The notes beneath the pieces were generated by a model. It did no database searches. It saw only the letters and a program-made list of their open reading frames with translations, and was not told the DNA's origin. Made by a program: the position numbers and the translations under genes. 64,000 nucleotides of DNA from an uncultured Ignavibacteria bacterium (lineage in GTDB: Bacteria > Bacteroidota > Ignavibacteria > Kapaibacteriales > UBA2268), in NCBI GenBank assembly GCA_903862655.1, contig CAIOZA010000139.1, forward strand, positions 15,311 to 79,310, given 5' to 3'. Positions 18,970-28,536 of the stretch are shown here, in pieces (the stretch's first letter is position 1; each line of letters opens with the position of its first letter).

Positions 18970-21820
18970 CAGAGTTCAACTAGAGAATTATCGTATTCAT
19001 AAAAACTTTGAGATTGATTTCGATAAAGGACTAAATCTTATTCTCGGTAAAAATGGATCGGGGAAGTCATCAATATTAGAAGCTTTAGGCATCGCATTGC
19101 TGGATATAGCACCACGTTCGACAAAAGAAGACACAATCAGCAACGATGCAAGGTTTGCAAAAATTGTTGTTTACTTTACTGCCAATGACGCATTAAAATA
19201 CAGAGTGGAAAAGAGAATTGGTCAGTCATCATTTTGGAAGCTGTTTGTTGATGGGGAGAATTCTCCAAGATATGCAGGGAACAAGGATGTTCCTGCAAAA
19301 ATTGCAGAGTTGATAGGGATAGAAAAAAATGCAACAAATCTCTATAAGCATGTCATTACGGCATACCAGAACAAACTGACAGAAGTGTTTCAGCAAAAGG
19401 ATACTGACAGGGCTACTATATTCAATCAGATTTTTGATACTGAAATTTATAGGAATATTTTTAATAATTACGGAAAGTATGTTGAGGACAAATACGATTT
19501 TGAGATAAGGTCGACAACTAAGTTTATTGAGGATAAATCAGCATCAGTAAAGGATAGTACTGAACTGGAGAAGCAACTCTCTGAAATGGAACTAACGCTA
19601 AAGGATTTTGGGACAAAGAAGGATGAACTTACTTTATCAATTGCTAAGAATAATTCGATTAAAACTGCTTTGGATGCTCAGAAATCTGATTTAGATAAAT
19701 TCACAGAGCTTCTGAAGCAATCCGAATCAAATGCAATCAATCAGAATGATTTCTTAAACCAGACAAACGAAAGACTTCTTAGTTCGATTGAAGCCAAATC
19801 AAAAGCTGATTCTAATAGAGAGTTTCACGATGAATATAGTGAAAAGCTTATACTGAGTAATCAGTTAACAAATGAAAAGATTAAGCTTGACAAGGTTAAT
19901 GAAGAAAAAATTGAGACTGAAAAATCTATTAGCGAAAGTAAGAATCAGATTGAAATAAATAAAAACCATGCAGTCAGCTTCAATGATAGAATAGCGAAGA
20001 ATCAAACAAAATCTATTGAATTGACGGAAAAAATTCAAAAATTGCGTGCAAAAATGAAAGATTGCGAAGAGTTGATATCCTCCAAAAGTCAGGAATTAAC
20101 AAAACAGAATAATCTTTTATCGATCGTTAAAGAAGCTATCGAGGAAATTAAGATAATCGATTCACGTATTGATCGTGCCAATACCGGAATATCTACTTTT
20201 GAAACTGGATTAACTGACGAGAAGATGCTTGAAGAGGAACTTCAATCAATACTTTCGCACATTGAAAATTTCAAAAAATTATCATTAGAAAAATCAAATC
20301 TCGAGAGGGATGCTGCTAATATTAAAAGCAGAATGAAGGACAACGAAGAAGCATCTAGCTTGTTAGGGAAAGGTTATTGTCCTTTTCTTGAAGATGAATG
20401 TGGTAATTTGAAAAAAGGTTCATCGCCCGATGAATTTTTCCGCATAAAGGATACACATTTCAATAAGGAGTTAAATAATATTCTGGCAAAAATTAAAGAG
20501 ATCGGAAACCCTGAGCAGGAGCAATCCCTATTCGAGAATGCAGTTGGCAATTTAGAGCAAAAAATTAACAAGAATAATTCTGATAGAATGAGTATAAATA
20601 AGCTTATAAATGATAGAAAAGCATTTATGTTAGAACGCGAAAATTCATTAAAAGATTTTCAAATAATTCTTCTTAAAAATAATTTCGGAATCAGCTTTGA
20701 ATCAAGTGATCAGGACATGTCAACAATTGAGATTGATACAAGGAAAATTATTGATGAATTCAATATTGAGATTAGCTCTCTAAAAGCTACTCATGTGGCT
20801 GATAAAAAAACAGAAAAAGATCTGACAACTCAAATTAATAGCTCAAATGATGAGATATTAGATTGGACAAATCAGATCAATAATTTAGATTTACAAGATA
20901 AGAGTATCGTTACAAAATTAAGTTCCTTGGAAGCGAGTCTGAATAATCTGATTGAACAACTGAAACCATATACTTCAGTCAAAGAGCAATTGGAGACATT
21001 GACAAACAGATTGATTGCTCTGAAACCAGCCTCTGATACATATCTACAGAATAAGATTTTGGCTGACGCGATTCCTTCTATTGAAAAGGAAATATCTGGG
21101 ATTAATGAACAGATGCAGAATTTGGAGAATGAGATCAAGAATTACAATGATAGAATCTTTAATCTGAATTCAACATTTTCGCAACAAGAATTAGATATAA
21201 TTAATCAAAAGATAAAAGAGCAGTCAACAGAAAATGAGAATTTCCATCTCAGGATCGGAACAATAGATGCTGATATAAAGAATTTGAAAAGAGAGATGGC
21301 TGAGAATAGTAATCTACTTATTGAAATTGATAATTTGAAGAAAAGTGTAGCTAAACTCGAGCTGAAGAAATCAATGACTATAGTTTTCAGACAGAATCTA
21401 CGGGACATGGGCAAAATGGTTGCTGCGAGAAAACTAAATGGAATTGCAGATACTGCAACAATGAATTACCAGAATATCAGTGGCAAATCTGAAATAATTC
21501 AGTGGATTAATGACGAGAGTAATACATATCAGGTAATACTGAAGGACAGGAGTCAGTTATCTAAACCCAGGAAATTTGAGATGCTATCCGGCGGGGAACA
21601 AGTTACAGTTGCAATAGCGATAAGGAGTGCAATTGCAAGCACGATGACACATTCAAATCTTGCAATATTTGATGAACCTACTATCAATCTTGACTCTGAA
21701 CGTAGATTAGCTCTGGCAGATTCGCTAAAAACAATGCTAGAAAAGCTGGAACAAGCAATAATCGTAACGCATGATGATACTTTCAGAGAAATGGCGCAAA
21801 AAACAATTGAACTATCTTAA
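18959..21820 (+). CDS. sbcC: SbcC/Rad50-type SMC-like ATPase
   Basis: Walker A GKNGSGKSS at the N-terminus, a long coiled coil, a mid-protein Cys pair, signature LSGGEQ and Walker B AIFDEPT at the C-terminus. Confidence 0.8.
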   Translation: MQINRVQLENYRIHKNFEIDFDKGLNLILGKNGSGKSSILEALGIALLDIAPRSTKEDTISNDARFAKIVVYFTANDALKYRVEKRIGQSSFWKLFVDGENSPRYAGNKDVPAKIAELIGIEKNATNLYKHVITAYQNKLTEVFQQKDTDRATIFNQIFDTEIYRNIFNNYGKYVEDKYDFEIRSTTKFIEDKSASVKDSTELEKQLSEMELTLKDFGTKKDELTLSIAKNNSIKTALDAQKSDLDKFTELLKQSESNAINQNDFLNQTNERLLSSIEAKSKADSNREFHDEYSEKLILSNQLTNEKIKLDKVNEEKIETEKSISESKNQIEINKNHAVSFNDRIAKNQTKSIELTEKIQKLRAKMKDCEELISSKSQELTKQNNLLSIVKEAIEEIKIIDSRIDRANTGISTFETGLTDEKMLEEELQSILSHIENFKKLSLEKSNLERDAANIKSRMKDNEEASSLLGKGYCPFLEDECGNLKKGSSPDEFFRIKDTHFNKELNNILAKIKEIGNPEQEQSLFENAVGNLEQKINKNNSDRMSINKLINDRKAFMLERENSLKDFQIILLKNNFGISFESSDQDMSTIEIDTRKIIDEFNIEISSLKATHVADKKTEKDLTTQINSSNDEILDWTNQINNLDLQDKSIVTKLSSLEASLNNLIEQLKPYTSVKEQLETLTNRLIALKPASDTYLQNKILADAIPSIEKEISGINEQMQNLENEIKNYNDRIFNLNSTFSQQELDIINQKIKEQSTENENFHLRIGTIDADIKNLKREMAENSNLLIEIDNLKKSVAKLELKKSMTIVFRQNLRDMGKMVAARKLNGIADTATMNYQNISGKSEIIQWINDESNTYQVILKDRSQLSKPRKFEMLSGGEQVTVAIAIRSAIASTMTHSNLAIFDEPTINLDSERRLALADSLKTMLEKLEQAIIVTHDDTFREMAQKTIELS

Positions 21821-21898
21821 CAATTTTCTTGTTTATTCGTATAATAAATTTATTGAAATACTCAAATTGTTTATCACTAAATATCAACAAGAGAAAAC

Positions 21899-24298
21899 AT
21901 GAAACAAAAATTGTTACTATTACTTATATCCATCGCAACGTTAGCATCCCTAACTCTTAATTCTTATTCTTCAGAAAAGAACATTCTGATTGGAAAAGTG
22001 TTAAGTGAATCAACATCTGAAGTGATACCCGGTGCAACAATCAGAATTGAAGGTACGAATATCGGTACTTATTCTTCATCCCGTGGCTTTTTCAAATTAA
22101 AGCTACCTTCTTTTGATAGAAAAATCAGAGTATCATCATTGGGATATGAAAGCAATCTCATTACTGTTAAACAATCTGATGATACATTGATTGTCAAGTT
22201 GAAAGAATCTTCTGTCAAAAAGAAATCTGTGACTGTTATAGGGGATATTGAACCAAATGAAGTAATAAAAAGAGCAATTGAAAGAAAGCAGGACAACCTA
22301 TCAAAACTCAAGACATTTCAGGGTACATTGTATTCTAAGCTATCTGTGGAGCTTGATGGAAGTATCATGAGCAGTATTCAGGGCAATTCAATTTCTATTT
22401 CAACCAGTTCGAATACAGACACAAATTCTAACAAAAAATATAAAATGTTTTTGTTGGAAACATTCTCGAATGTGATGCAGGACTACGAAAAGAATGTAAG
22501 GCAAACCGCGATCATTCAAAGAAGACAGACATCAAATATTAAAGCAAATGAGAATATATTGGCTATCGGAAATTTTCTGAATTTATATAATGATAAGATT
22601 AAAGTTATCAGCACAGAATTTACAACACCTTTAGCGGAAGATGCTCTTTCTTATTATAAATTCAAGATCATTGAAAAAACACTTTATGATGAAAAATATG
22701 TATATGTCATTGAAGTTATTCCTGACTCAAGGCTCTTCCCCACTTTTATTGGAACAATAAAACTACTCGAAGGAGATTACAATCTTGTAGAAGCTGATTT
22801 AAAGCCATCGGAGAATTCTGCGGTTCCATTTATGGAAAATATGACTATTCATCAGAAATTTTCTGAATCAGTAGAAAAGATCTGGTATCCATCATATCTT
22901 TATGTATCAGGAAAAGCTAAAGTAGATGTAGTCAAAGGACTTGTGGATTTAAAAGCATCAATTGAGGCAACAAGTATTTATAGCGATGTTGCAATTAATA
23001 AACCACTTCCAGATTCCATTTATGTTCAGGAGAAAAAAAGAATAACATCTGTAGCCAAAGATGCAGACTCTGCAAAGACAGAATTTTGGGAAAACAATTC
23101 TCTCAGAGAGATTAGCGAAAAAGAAAAATCAATGTATGCTCAAATAGACAGCATTGTTGTTAAGGATTCACTATTAAAAAATGATCCTCCTTTCAGTTGG
23201 AATTATAATCCATATTTGAGCTTTAATCGTGTTGGTTCAGTATCATTAGGATTGTCATTGAGTTTTTCTTACCACCGTTTATCGTTATACACAACACCCC
23301 AATTTAGTTTTGGGCTGCAGAAACCGTTGGGAACTGCAACTCTGGAGTTTCCATTGATCGATAACTTTGATAAATCTATCCTGGTAAATCTTAATATATT
23401 TTCAAAGTTGGGTAGAGTTTCACAGGATGATAGTTATATTGATCTATTGAATACAGCAATGAGTTCTCTATGCCACTATGACTACTACGATTATGCAAAG
23501 TTTGATGGATGGGGCATTAAACTTATAAATAAATTTAATGAAGTAACTTTGAATGCAGGTGTCGATTTTTTCAGAATTTTTTCTTTAGGGAATACAACCA
23601 ATACATCCATATTCTCTAAAAACATCTGGAGGAAGAATCCCGCTATAAATGCAGGTGATTATATCGAGGGAAATTTCGAGGCTTCTTATGGCTTAGCCAA
23701 CTTCATGATCATATCGCCTAGATTTGAAAATGAAATTTACATCAAATCGAATGTAGGATACAGCAAAACCGACAGTAAGAACTACTTCATGCTTCAGGGC
23801 AAGTACAAGACATCTATTCCAACTTTCAAAACGGGATACATGCCTATGAAGCTTAATTTGATTATTGAAGGAGGAATATGCTCAGTCTTCAATCCGGTTC
23901 AAAATGAGCTTAGAATGGAATCCTCAATGTTTTTCATCAATAAATTCGGGAATTTCCTTACAGCACAACCCGCAGAATATGGTGGTAAAGAATATTTTGC
24001 TTTTCATGGCGGATTTAATACTTCGGATATGTGGTGGAGATTTGCCGGATTACCATTATACGAAGGGCGTGGTATTGATCTTATATTATGCGGTTCATTC
24101 GGGAGATTTTTTTCGGATAAATCTGGATTCTATAAAGGAACAGGCAATCAGCATTATTCAGAAGTTGGATTTGGATTATCTAGAATTCCAACGTTTTTTA
24201 GTAATGTAATTTTTGCTGCTTTTGATGCCAGATGGGGCATTGGTCCTGTGTCAAATGGTAATTTCGGCTGGTCTGTGTCAGCGAGTCTGCCGTTTTAG
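21899..24298 (+). CDS. secreted protein with a carboxypeptidase-regulatory-like domain and a DUF5686-like domain
   Basis: Signal peptide, then GKVLSESTSEVIPGATIRIEGTNIGTYSSSRGFFKL (CarboxypepD_reg-like), then a beta-rich ~700-aa C-terminal region. Family name is recalled from similar Bacteroidota proteins. Confidence 0.6.
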   Translation: MKQKLLLLLISIATLASLTLNSYSSEKNILIGKVLSESTSEVIPGATIRIEGTNIGTYSSSRGFFKLKLPSFDRKIRVSSLGYESNLITVKQSDDTLIVKLKESSVKKKSVTVIGDIEPNEVIKRAIERKQDNLSKLKTFQGTLYSKLSVELDGSIMSSIQGNSISISTSSNTDTNSNKKYKMFLLETFSNVMQDYEKNVRQTAIIQRRQTSNIKANENILAIGNFLNLYNDKIKVISTEFTTPLAEDALSYYKFKIIEKTLYDEKYVYVIEVIPDSRLFPTFIGTIKLLEGDYNLVEADLKPSENSAVPFMENMTIHQKFSESVEKIWYPSYLYVSGKAKVDVVKGLVDLKASIEATSIYSDVAINKPLPDSIYVQEKKRITSVAKDADSAKTEFWENNSLREISEKEKSMYAQIDSIVVKDSLLKNDPPFSWNYNPYLSFNRVGSVSLGLSLSFSYHRLSLYTTPQFSFGLQKPLGTATLEFPLIDNFDKSILVNLNIFSKLGRVSQDDSYIDLLNTAMSSLCHYDYYDYAKFDGWGIKLINKFNEVTLNAGVDFFRIFSLGNTTNTSIFSKNIWRKNPAINAGDYIEGNFEASYGLANFMIISPRFENEIYIKSNVGYSKTDSKNYFMLQGKYKTSIPTFKTGYMPMKLNLIIEGGICSVFNPVQNELRMESSMFFINKFGNFLTAQPAEYGGKEYFAFHGGFNTSDMWWRFAGLPLYEGRGIDLILCGSFGRFFSDKSGFYKGTGNQHYSEVGFGLSRIPTFFSNVIFAAFDARWGIGPVSNGNFGWSVSASLPF

Positions 24299-24327
24299 AA
24301 AATAAATTAAAATCCAAGTACTTTATT

Positions 24328-25251
24328 ATGATCAGAAATTTCAAATTATCAATCCTGCTTTCTGTCTGTGTTTTCACATCATTAGCTATTGCTGACAATA
24401 AGAATGGGCTTATATTTATAAGCGATATACAGGAACCTTTATGGGTTGAGAGATTTACATCAAAAAATGAGTATAATGAAAAGGCATCGGACAGTTTATT
24501 TAGTAATATTAGCAGAACCAAGCCAGAAGCAGTTTTTATGCTTGGAGATCTTGTGGGCCAAGCAATAAATGATTACAACTGGATAGACTTTGACAGAAGA
24601 ATACAAGTTCTGAGAAAATCCAGAATCCCTGTTTATGCAATTCCAGGTAATCATGAATATATGTTTTTAGGTGGAGAAGGCGAAAAGAATTTCAGGAAAC
24701 GCTTTCCGAATTTACAAATTAATGGTTTTTCCAGAGTCTTTGATTCGATTGGAATCGTAATGCTTAATTCAAATTTTTCTTATTTAACACATGCGGATTT
24801 TGAATCTCAACAACAATTCTACGCTAAGTTGTTAGATTCTATGGATAATGATGTGAAAATCAGGTCAATAATTGTGTGCTGCCATCATTCTCCTTATACC
24901 AATAGCAACGTTGTGGGTTCAAGTTCAGAAGTACAGAAGAATTTTGTAAAGCTATTTCTGAAATCAAAAAAAGCTCATCTTTTTCTGTCAGGACATTCAC
25001 ACCATCTTGAGCATTTTGTGCACACCAGCAAACACTTCCTGGTTATTGGCGGAGGTGGTGGACAAAAGCAAGCTTTAAAAAAAGCAGAGTTTCGAAAGTG
25101 GAAGGATAAAATCCTGGACAATGAGAAACCCCGTTTTTTTTATATGCTAATGAATATAGAAAATAACAAGCTCATTATCAAATCAATGGGATTAAATCAG
25201 GACTTCACTAAACTAATATCCAAAGAAATATTATCATTACCACTTGATTGA
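24328..25251 (+). CDS. secreted calcineurin-like metallophosphoesterase
   Basis: Signal peptide plus motifs GDLVG, IPGNHE, CHHSPY and GHSHH. Confidence 0.75.
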   Translation: MIRNFKLSILLSVCVFTSLAIADNKNGLIFISDIQEPLWVERFTSKNEYNEKASDSLFSNISRTKPEAVFMLGDLVGQAINDYNWIDFDRRIQVLRKSRIPVYAIPGNHEYMFLGGEGEKNFRKRFPNLQINGFSRVFDSIGIVMLNSNFSYLTHADFESQQQFYAKLLDSMDNDVKIRSIIVCCHHSPYTNSNVVGSSSEVQKNFVKLFLKSKKAHLFLSGHSHHLEHFVHTSKHFLVIGGGGGQKQALKKAEFRKWKDKILDNEKPRFFYMLMNIENNKLIIKSMGLNQDFTKLISKEILSLPLD

Positions 25252-26127
25252 TTAGCTCAGATTTTGAGATTTATTCTTTTGCTTAATAAATGTACCATTT
25301 GAATACTCAAAAAATGCAATTTGAGTTTCCTCTGAAGTATTCATAACGATAGGACCACGCCATGCTATGGTTTCATTTAAGGGCAAACCTGCAAGGAAGA
25401 TCATACGCAAGCCACTTTTACCAGATTTGCAGTAAAAATCGTTACCATTATTCAAAATGGCAAGTTGATTTTCTGAAATTAATTCTATATGTTCAGAATC
25501 GAAATATCCGGATCCTTCGAAGACGAATGCCAGAATCGTATCGGAAGGATTAGATCGTATAATCAACTCGGATTCAGGCATAAGTTGAATATCCATTAGG
25601 TCGGCTTGGACAAAAAGGCCTTTTGCTGGTCCTGATATATCTTTATAGGTGCCGGATATAACTTTTACTGTAGCATTCTCATCTGTAACAACAGGTATGG
25701 TATCGCTTTTGATTCCTCTATAAACAGGATCAACCATTTTGTTAACTTTTGGTAAATTCAGCCAAATCTGAAATCCCTGAAACTTGGTTGAAGATTTTTG
25801 AGGCATCTCTTGGTGAATAATCCCGCTGCCTGCAGTCATCCATTGAACATCGCCTGATTTGATGAGTCCTGAATTTCCTAAACTATCTGAATGCTCAATT
25901 TCGCCGCTAATCATATATGTTATAGTTTCGATTCCACGGTGTGGGTGCCATGGAAAACCTTTGTTGTAATCATAAGGATTGTCAGAATTAAAGTAATCCA
26001 TCATAAGAAATGGATCAGTCATTTCTTTCTCGAAATAGCCAAATACTCTGTTAATTCTTACACCGGCACCTTCCAGAGCAGACTTTGCAGATATTATATT
26101 GCGAACGGTTTTATATTTATTTGCCAT
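25252..26127 (-). CDS. pirin family protein
   Basis: PWHPHRGIETITYMISGEIEHSDSLGNSGLIKSGDVQWMTAGSGIIHQE is the canonical pirin cupin motif. Confidence 0.9.
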   Translation of the reverse strand: MANKYKTVRNIISAKSALEGAGVRINRVFGYFEKEMTDPFLMMDYFNSDNPYDYNKGFPWHPHRGIETITYMISGEIEHSDSLGNSGLIKSGDVQWMTAGSGIIHQEMPQKSSTKFQGFQIWLNLPKVNKMVDPVYRGIKSDTIPVVTDENATVKVISGTYKDISGPAKGLFVQADLMDIQLMPESELIIRSNPSDTILAFVFEGSGYFDSEHIELISENQLAILNNGNDFYCKSGKSGLRMIFLAGLPLNETIAWRGPIVMNTSEETQIAFFEYSNGTFIKQKNKSQNLS

Positions 26128-26163
26128 TTTTGTATATTTTTTTTGTTTAACTCAATTCTAAAT

Positions 26164-26202
26164 AAAAAAAATCCTTGCAATTAGCTGATTGCAAGGATTT
26201 TA
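26164..26202 (-). terminator. Rho-independent terminator downstream of tRNA-Lys
   Basis: 11-bp perfect stem atccttgcaat / attgcaaggat (26171-26198). It is followed on the minus strand by a T7 run (A7 at 26164-26170). Confidence 0.75.
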
Positions 26203-26206
26203 AAAG

Positions 26207-26278
26207 TGATCCCGGTTGGGATTGAACCAACGGCCCTCTGATTAAAAGTCAGATGCTCTACCCCTGAGCTACGAGATC
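26207..26278 (-). tRNA. tRNA-Lys (anticodon UUU)
   Basis: Hand-folded cloverleaf. Acceptor gatctcg/cgggatc, D arm tagctcaggggtagagc, anticodon stem tctga/tcaga with loop cTTTTaa, and T arm gttgg-ttcaatc-ccaac. No encoded CCA. Confidence 0.9.
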
Positions 26279-26334
26279 ATTCTTCAAAGAATACAAAATT
26301 ACGAATTTTTTTTAATAAAAAAAAATTTTCCAAG

Positions 26335-28263
26335 TTAAGAACTCAAAACAACGTCTAATTCTCTTTTGACGATACTATTTACTTTGTCTGCAATTCCCCT
26401 TGCATTTAACTGCAGATCCGATAATAGCTCTTCTTGAGTACCGTGTTGAATAAATTTATCAGGTATTCCATGAATATAAATTTCTTTATTCATAATTGAA
26501 TTTTCTGCTATGAATTCTAAAACCGCGGATCCAAATCCACCCATTTTCTGACCATCTTCGATTGTCATTAACTTAGAATGAGTCCCTAATATTTCGAGAA
26601 GAAATTCAGAATCAAGTGGTTTGATGAATCTTGCATTTATTACTTCAGCTTCTATCCCATAATCTTTGAGGATTTCCGCAGCTCCCATAGCCTCATGAAC
26701 CATTTTGCCTACAGCTAATAAGGCAATATCTGTTCCATAAGTTAATCTTTGCCAAGAACCTAACTTTATTGACTCAAATTCCTTTGTTGCAGTACCAAAA
26801 ACCTTGCCACGCGGTATCCTGATTGCCGTTGGTCCATCAGTATAAAACAGTAGTGATGAATAAAGAAGGTTTCTGAATTCATTCTCGTCTTTTGGAGCAG
26901 CAACTTTCATGTTGGGGATAGATCTGAGATATGCAATGTCCATAACCCCATGATGAGTTGGACCATCTTCACCAACGATTCCGGCTCTATCAAGCACAAA
27001 AACAACATGCTGATTTTGAAGTGCGCAATCGTGAATAATATGGTCATAAGCTCTTTGCAGGAAAGTTGAATAAATTGCAACTACTGGTTTCATACCCTGA
27101 ATAGCCATACCTGATGCAAATGTGACAGCATGACCTTCTGCAATGCCAACATCAAATACTCTCTCGGGCATCACTTTGTCAAGGATATCAAGACCTGTTC
27201 CTTCGAGCATTGCCGCAGAAACACCGACAATTTTATCATCAATTTTGCAAAGCTCTACCATTGCATCGCCAAAAACTTTGTAGTACATTGGTGCTGAAGG
27301 TAAACTTAAATTTTTAGCTAATGATTTACCCGTAGTTTTATCAATTTTACCGATGGCATGAAGCTTATGGTAATCATTTTCAGCCGGAGCATACCCTTTG
27401 CCCTTTTCAGTCATTACATGAAGAAGTATAGGACCTTTGAGCTCTTTAGTCAATCTTAGCATTTTAACTAATTTTGCTATATTGTGACCATTGAGAGGAC
27501 CAAAATAGTTGAATCCGAAGGCTTCGAAGAGCATACCTGGAGTCATGACAGATTTAATACTGCCCTCTACTCTTGATGCAGCTTTTCTAAGTCTATCCCC
27601 TATTCCTTCAAATCGACCGGCAAGATCCCAGATATTCCCACGAATCTTGTTAACTGCCTCAGAAGCAAATAATTCATTGAAATAATTGGAAATTGCGGAT
27701 ACATTGGGATCAATAGAGATATTGTTATCATTGAGAACAACTATGATGTCCTTTTTTTGTACCCCGCAGTTATTCATTGCTTCAAAGGCCAAACCACCAG
27801 TCATAGATCCATCTCCGATTACAGCAACGACTTTATGACCCTGGTTCTGAAAATCACGGGCAGCAGCTACGCCTAATGCTGCGGAAATACTTGTACTAGC
27901 ATGACCAGCGCCGAAAACGTCGTATTCACTTTCATCAATTTTGAGAAAACCAGATAAGCCACCTTTCTGGCGGATTGTATGCAACTGATCTCTTCTACCA
28001 GTTAATATCTTGTGAGGATAGCCCTGATGACCGACATCCCAGATAATTTTATCTTTTGGGGTATTAAATGCAAAATGTAGGGCAACGGTAAGCTCAACAA
28101 CTCCCAACCCAGCACCAAAATGACCACCGGTTTGAGTTATGGTATCGACTATAAATTCCCTGACTTCTTCGCAAACATAAGGTAGAGCTTCTTGAGGAAG
28201 TTTCCTAAGATCAGACGGAGAATTGATGTTGAACAAGAATCTATAAAAATCTTTATTATGCAC
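26335..28263 (-). CDS. dxs: 1-deoxy-D-xylulose-5-phosphate synthase
   Basis: GGHFGAGLGVVELTVALH, WDVGHQGYPHKILTGRRD and GDGSMTGGLAFEAMN over a 642-aa full-length ORF. Confidence 0.95.
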   Translation of the reverse strand: MHNKDFYRFLFNINSPSDLRKLPQEALPYVCEEVREFIVDTITQTGGHFGAGLGVVELTVALHFAFNTPKDKIIWDVGHQGYPHKILTGRRDQLHTIRQKGGLSGFLKIDESEYDVFGAGHASTSISAALGVAAARDFQNQGHKVVAVIGDGSMTGGLAFEAMNNCGVQKKDIIVVLNDNNISIDPNVSAISNYFNELFASEAVNKIRGNIWDLAGRFEGIGDRLRKAASRVEGSIKSVMTPGMLFEAFGFNYFGPLNGHNIAKLVKMLRLTKELKGPILLHVMTEKGKGYAPAENDYHKLHAIGKIDKTTGKSLAKNLSLPSAPMYYKVFGDAMVELCKIDDKIVGVSAAMLEGTGLDILDKVMPERVFDVGIAEGHAVTFASGMAIQGMKPVVAIYSTFLQRAYDHIIHDCALQNQHVVFVLDRAGIVGEDGPTHHGVMDIAYLRSIPNMKVAAPKDENEFRNLLYSSLLFYTDGPTAIRIPRGKVFGTATKEFESIKLGSWQRLTYGTDIALLAVGKMVHEAMGAAEILKDYGIEAEVINARFIKPLDSEFLLEILGTHSKLMTIEDGQKMGGFGSAVLEFIAENSIMNKEIYIHGIPDKFIQHGTQEELLSDLQLNARGIADKVNSIVKRELDVVLSS

Positions 28264-28536
28264 GATTTATTCTCTTATTTCCTAATAATGTTTCATTGAC
28301 GAATCCAACTTGAATTTAATAATAATTTAACAAAATTTGTTATTAATGAAATATTAGTTTTTGTAAAACTATTATACAACAAATTTATATAATAAGTTTG
28401 AAAAATCATGCTAAATACATTTCCTAAAAATTATTTAATACAAAATTTAATTTATTTCCAATATTACCGATAATATATTCTTACCTAATATTATTTATAT
28501 CAATGTTGTTTCTTCAAATTTTGTATTTCTTGTAAA

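Noticed and set aside
17770-21820. A nuclease plus an SMC-like ATPase pair, considered as a possible phage-defence system (Lamassu- or Wadjet-like).
   Set aside because: The gene order, sizes (399 and 953 aa), overlapping junction and motifs fit housekeeping sbcDC. There are no additional system-specific partner genes, and the neighbours are ordinary metabolic genes.
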